The notes under the pieces: generated by a model | Database searches by the model: none | What the model saw: only the letters and a program-made list of their open reading frames with translations | What the model was told of the DNA's origin: nothing | Program-made: the position numbers and the translations under genes | Shown: one piece after another, positions 62,173 to 64,000 of the stretch | Position numbering within the stretch: the stretch's first letter is position 1 | Layout of the letters: each line of letters opens with the position of its first letter | Assembly: GCF_022045235.1 (NCBI RefSeq) | Contig: NW_027266264.1 | Coordinates: 80,910,001 to 80,974,000, forward strand | Length of the DNA: 64,000 nucleotides | Direction: 5' to 3' | Source: Haliotis cracherodii | Taxonomy: Eukaryota

Positions 62173-64000
62173 CACCTGCTTCTCAGTCGGGTAATACAGA
62201 CATCATAGTTGGTACTTAAAGAGCTGGTCCAACAGAGATGGTACAGGGTTGTGTGAAAAGAAAGAATGAGACCCGGCTGTGGATTTGGGGAGGATGTCTT
62301 GACATGGAATGCGGAAACGCCATGCAATACTACGTTCCGTGTTACGAGCAAGCCGGCAGCGGGAGAGAAGCTGTGATGGCGAATCTCCCACGGGAACTTG
62401 AAGGGAAGATATACGGAAGTGTGAATATATTCTCCCATATGGGTAACTAGTTCTTGGACGAGCAGGTGTTTTAGCTCCGACGAGGAGCAAGTGGGCTATT
62501 TTCCCGATCTGAATATGATTCTTGAGGCTGCCCACAAAACGTCAATTATTAGAGGATGTTCCAGGCTCCATGGTACATCCGATACGTACTAGATACACAC
62601 GAGCCTGCACATCAAAACGTGATCTCGTTTAAAAAGCTTTGACACGTGAACTCAGCCTGAATATGTGTGGTGTGTGGACGGAGGACACGCGAGTGTCGGG
62701 CCCCAAACTGATGCCACAGATGTATTCCATTTGCCGAACACCATGCTGTGCATGTTTCCATACTAAACGTGAATGTGTGAATGTTGACGAACATATGACT
62801 CCCAAACGTCATGTTGCTATCTTCAATGTGGACTTGATTTCCTGAGAAATGTAATATTTCACGATTTCGTACTATAATAGAGAGACCATTTTTAAAGGAA
62901 CAGGTGTCTCCAGGACAACTGATGGGCCGAAGTAGGTGTCCTGTTTAACCGCTCGTTGTTCCCGTGTTCTCAGAAACATGAAACCAGTTATCTGACAGGC
63001 ATCTCTTGACCGTTATGTTCAACAAACCGTACTGCCTTTTGAAGGACTTCAAACGACTAGGAGGAAGGGTCCCGGCCTTTTCTAACGCTGATCATTTCTA
63101 CACTCACTGAGGAGGAGAACGAACATCCCTGACAGGTTCTGTGGCTGCCTGTGTACGTCAGAGGACGGAGGACATATGGGGACATCTACATTCCATCTGG
63201 TACAGAATAGACTCTCGTCCTCACCTGTCCTCTGTAGACGACAGCGTTTCTCTACGTCAGTTACGACGCTACGTCGTCTCCCCACTAGCTCATCTCGACT
63301 GTGCTAAGATTGGAACGTTCATATCTACGTTGCAATCTGTCCAAACATATCGTTGTTTTGATGCCCCGGCTTCTCCTACAAGACAGCCATGGGTTTGTAT
63401 TTCATTTTTTTCCGTTATCTGTGTCAGATTCAGTGTCTCACCTGAAGATGCTTTTATTCATGTGTCGTCTGCGCGATCTCTGTCAGTGGGGGTAGCATTG
63501 AAATTGTATGTTTGAAAATCGGCAAGTGCTAATATCCATCAGATTAACTTTGTATATGTAAGATGTGAATAGACATGAATACAACTAGTTGCTTAATTCT
63601 CTGGAAAATCCAAAGACAGTTGTCTCAAATACAATCCTTTGGGTAGAAAAGTGGACGGTTCACATAAACTACCGGGCAAAAGAAAGTATACCCTTGACAA
63701 TTTTGACAAAAACTTTGCAAACGCTATAAAAAAACATGACTGAAACATGGCTGAAAGTAGTCACGGAAGCACTGCAAACTTAAGGTCCAACACAACTAAC
63801 TATGATACTCGTGTCAAATACATTACCATAGAATAATCATTTCTTTTTGGTTTCAATTTTAGCCACCATTAAACGTGGGTGTGTACTTTCCTTTTCCCGG
63901 CAGATTACATGGATGTAATTATTTTGCAATACGTCTTTCCGTAGCATGGATTTCACATAGAATATAATCACAACTAATCAAACGTTACTATCTTAAAATT

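Overview
Eukaryotic, repeat-rich invertebrate DNA. The SINE and microsatellite-tail repertoire suggests a gastropod mollusc, probably abalone (inference only). Three credible protein-coding genes are present, each with a single-exon CDS. Two are tandem minus-strand paralogues (7737-8900, 13959-15116) that each encode signal peptide + JmjC/cupin-8 Fe(II)/2-oxoglutarate oxygenase domain with intact HxD...H + C-terminal EF-hand loop + HDEL. They look like ER-lumenal, possibly Ca2+-sensitive hydroxylases of unknown substrate and are the best candidate for an undescribed system. The third is a GAS1 (GDNF-receptor-like/Hedgehog co-receptor) homologue at 61387-62172 (+). The ~46 kb between them has no recognisable gene. 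It holds three SINE-like families that share a 3' tail, a decayed RTEX-like LINE, a full-length decayed Tc1/mariner, several MITEs (one nested pair) and many minisatellites that explain nearly all long low-complexity ORFs. One SINE family has a non-tRNA head that can fold as a pseudoknot. Repeat copies in the first ~5 kb show strong CpG decay, suggesting a methylated gene body. All calls were made by eye without database searches.
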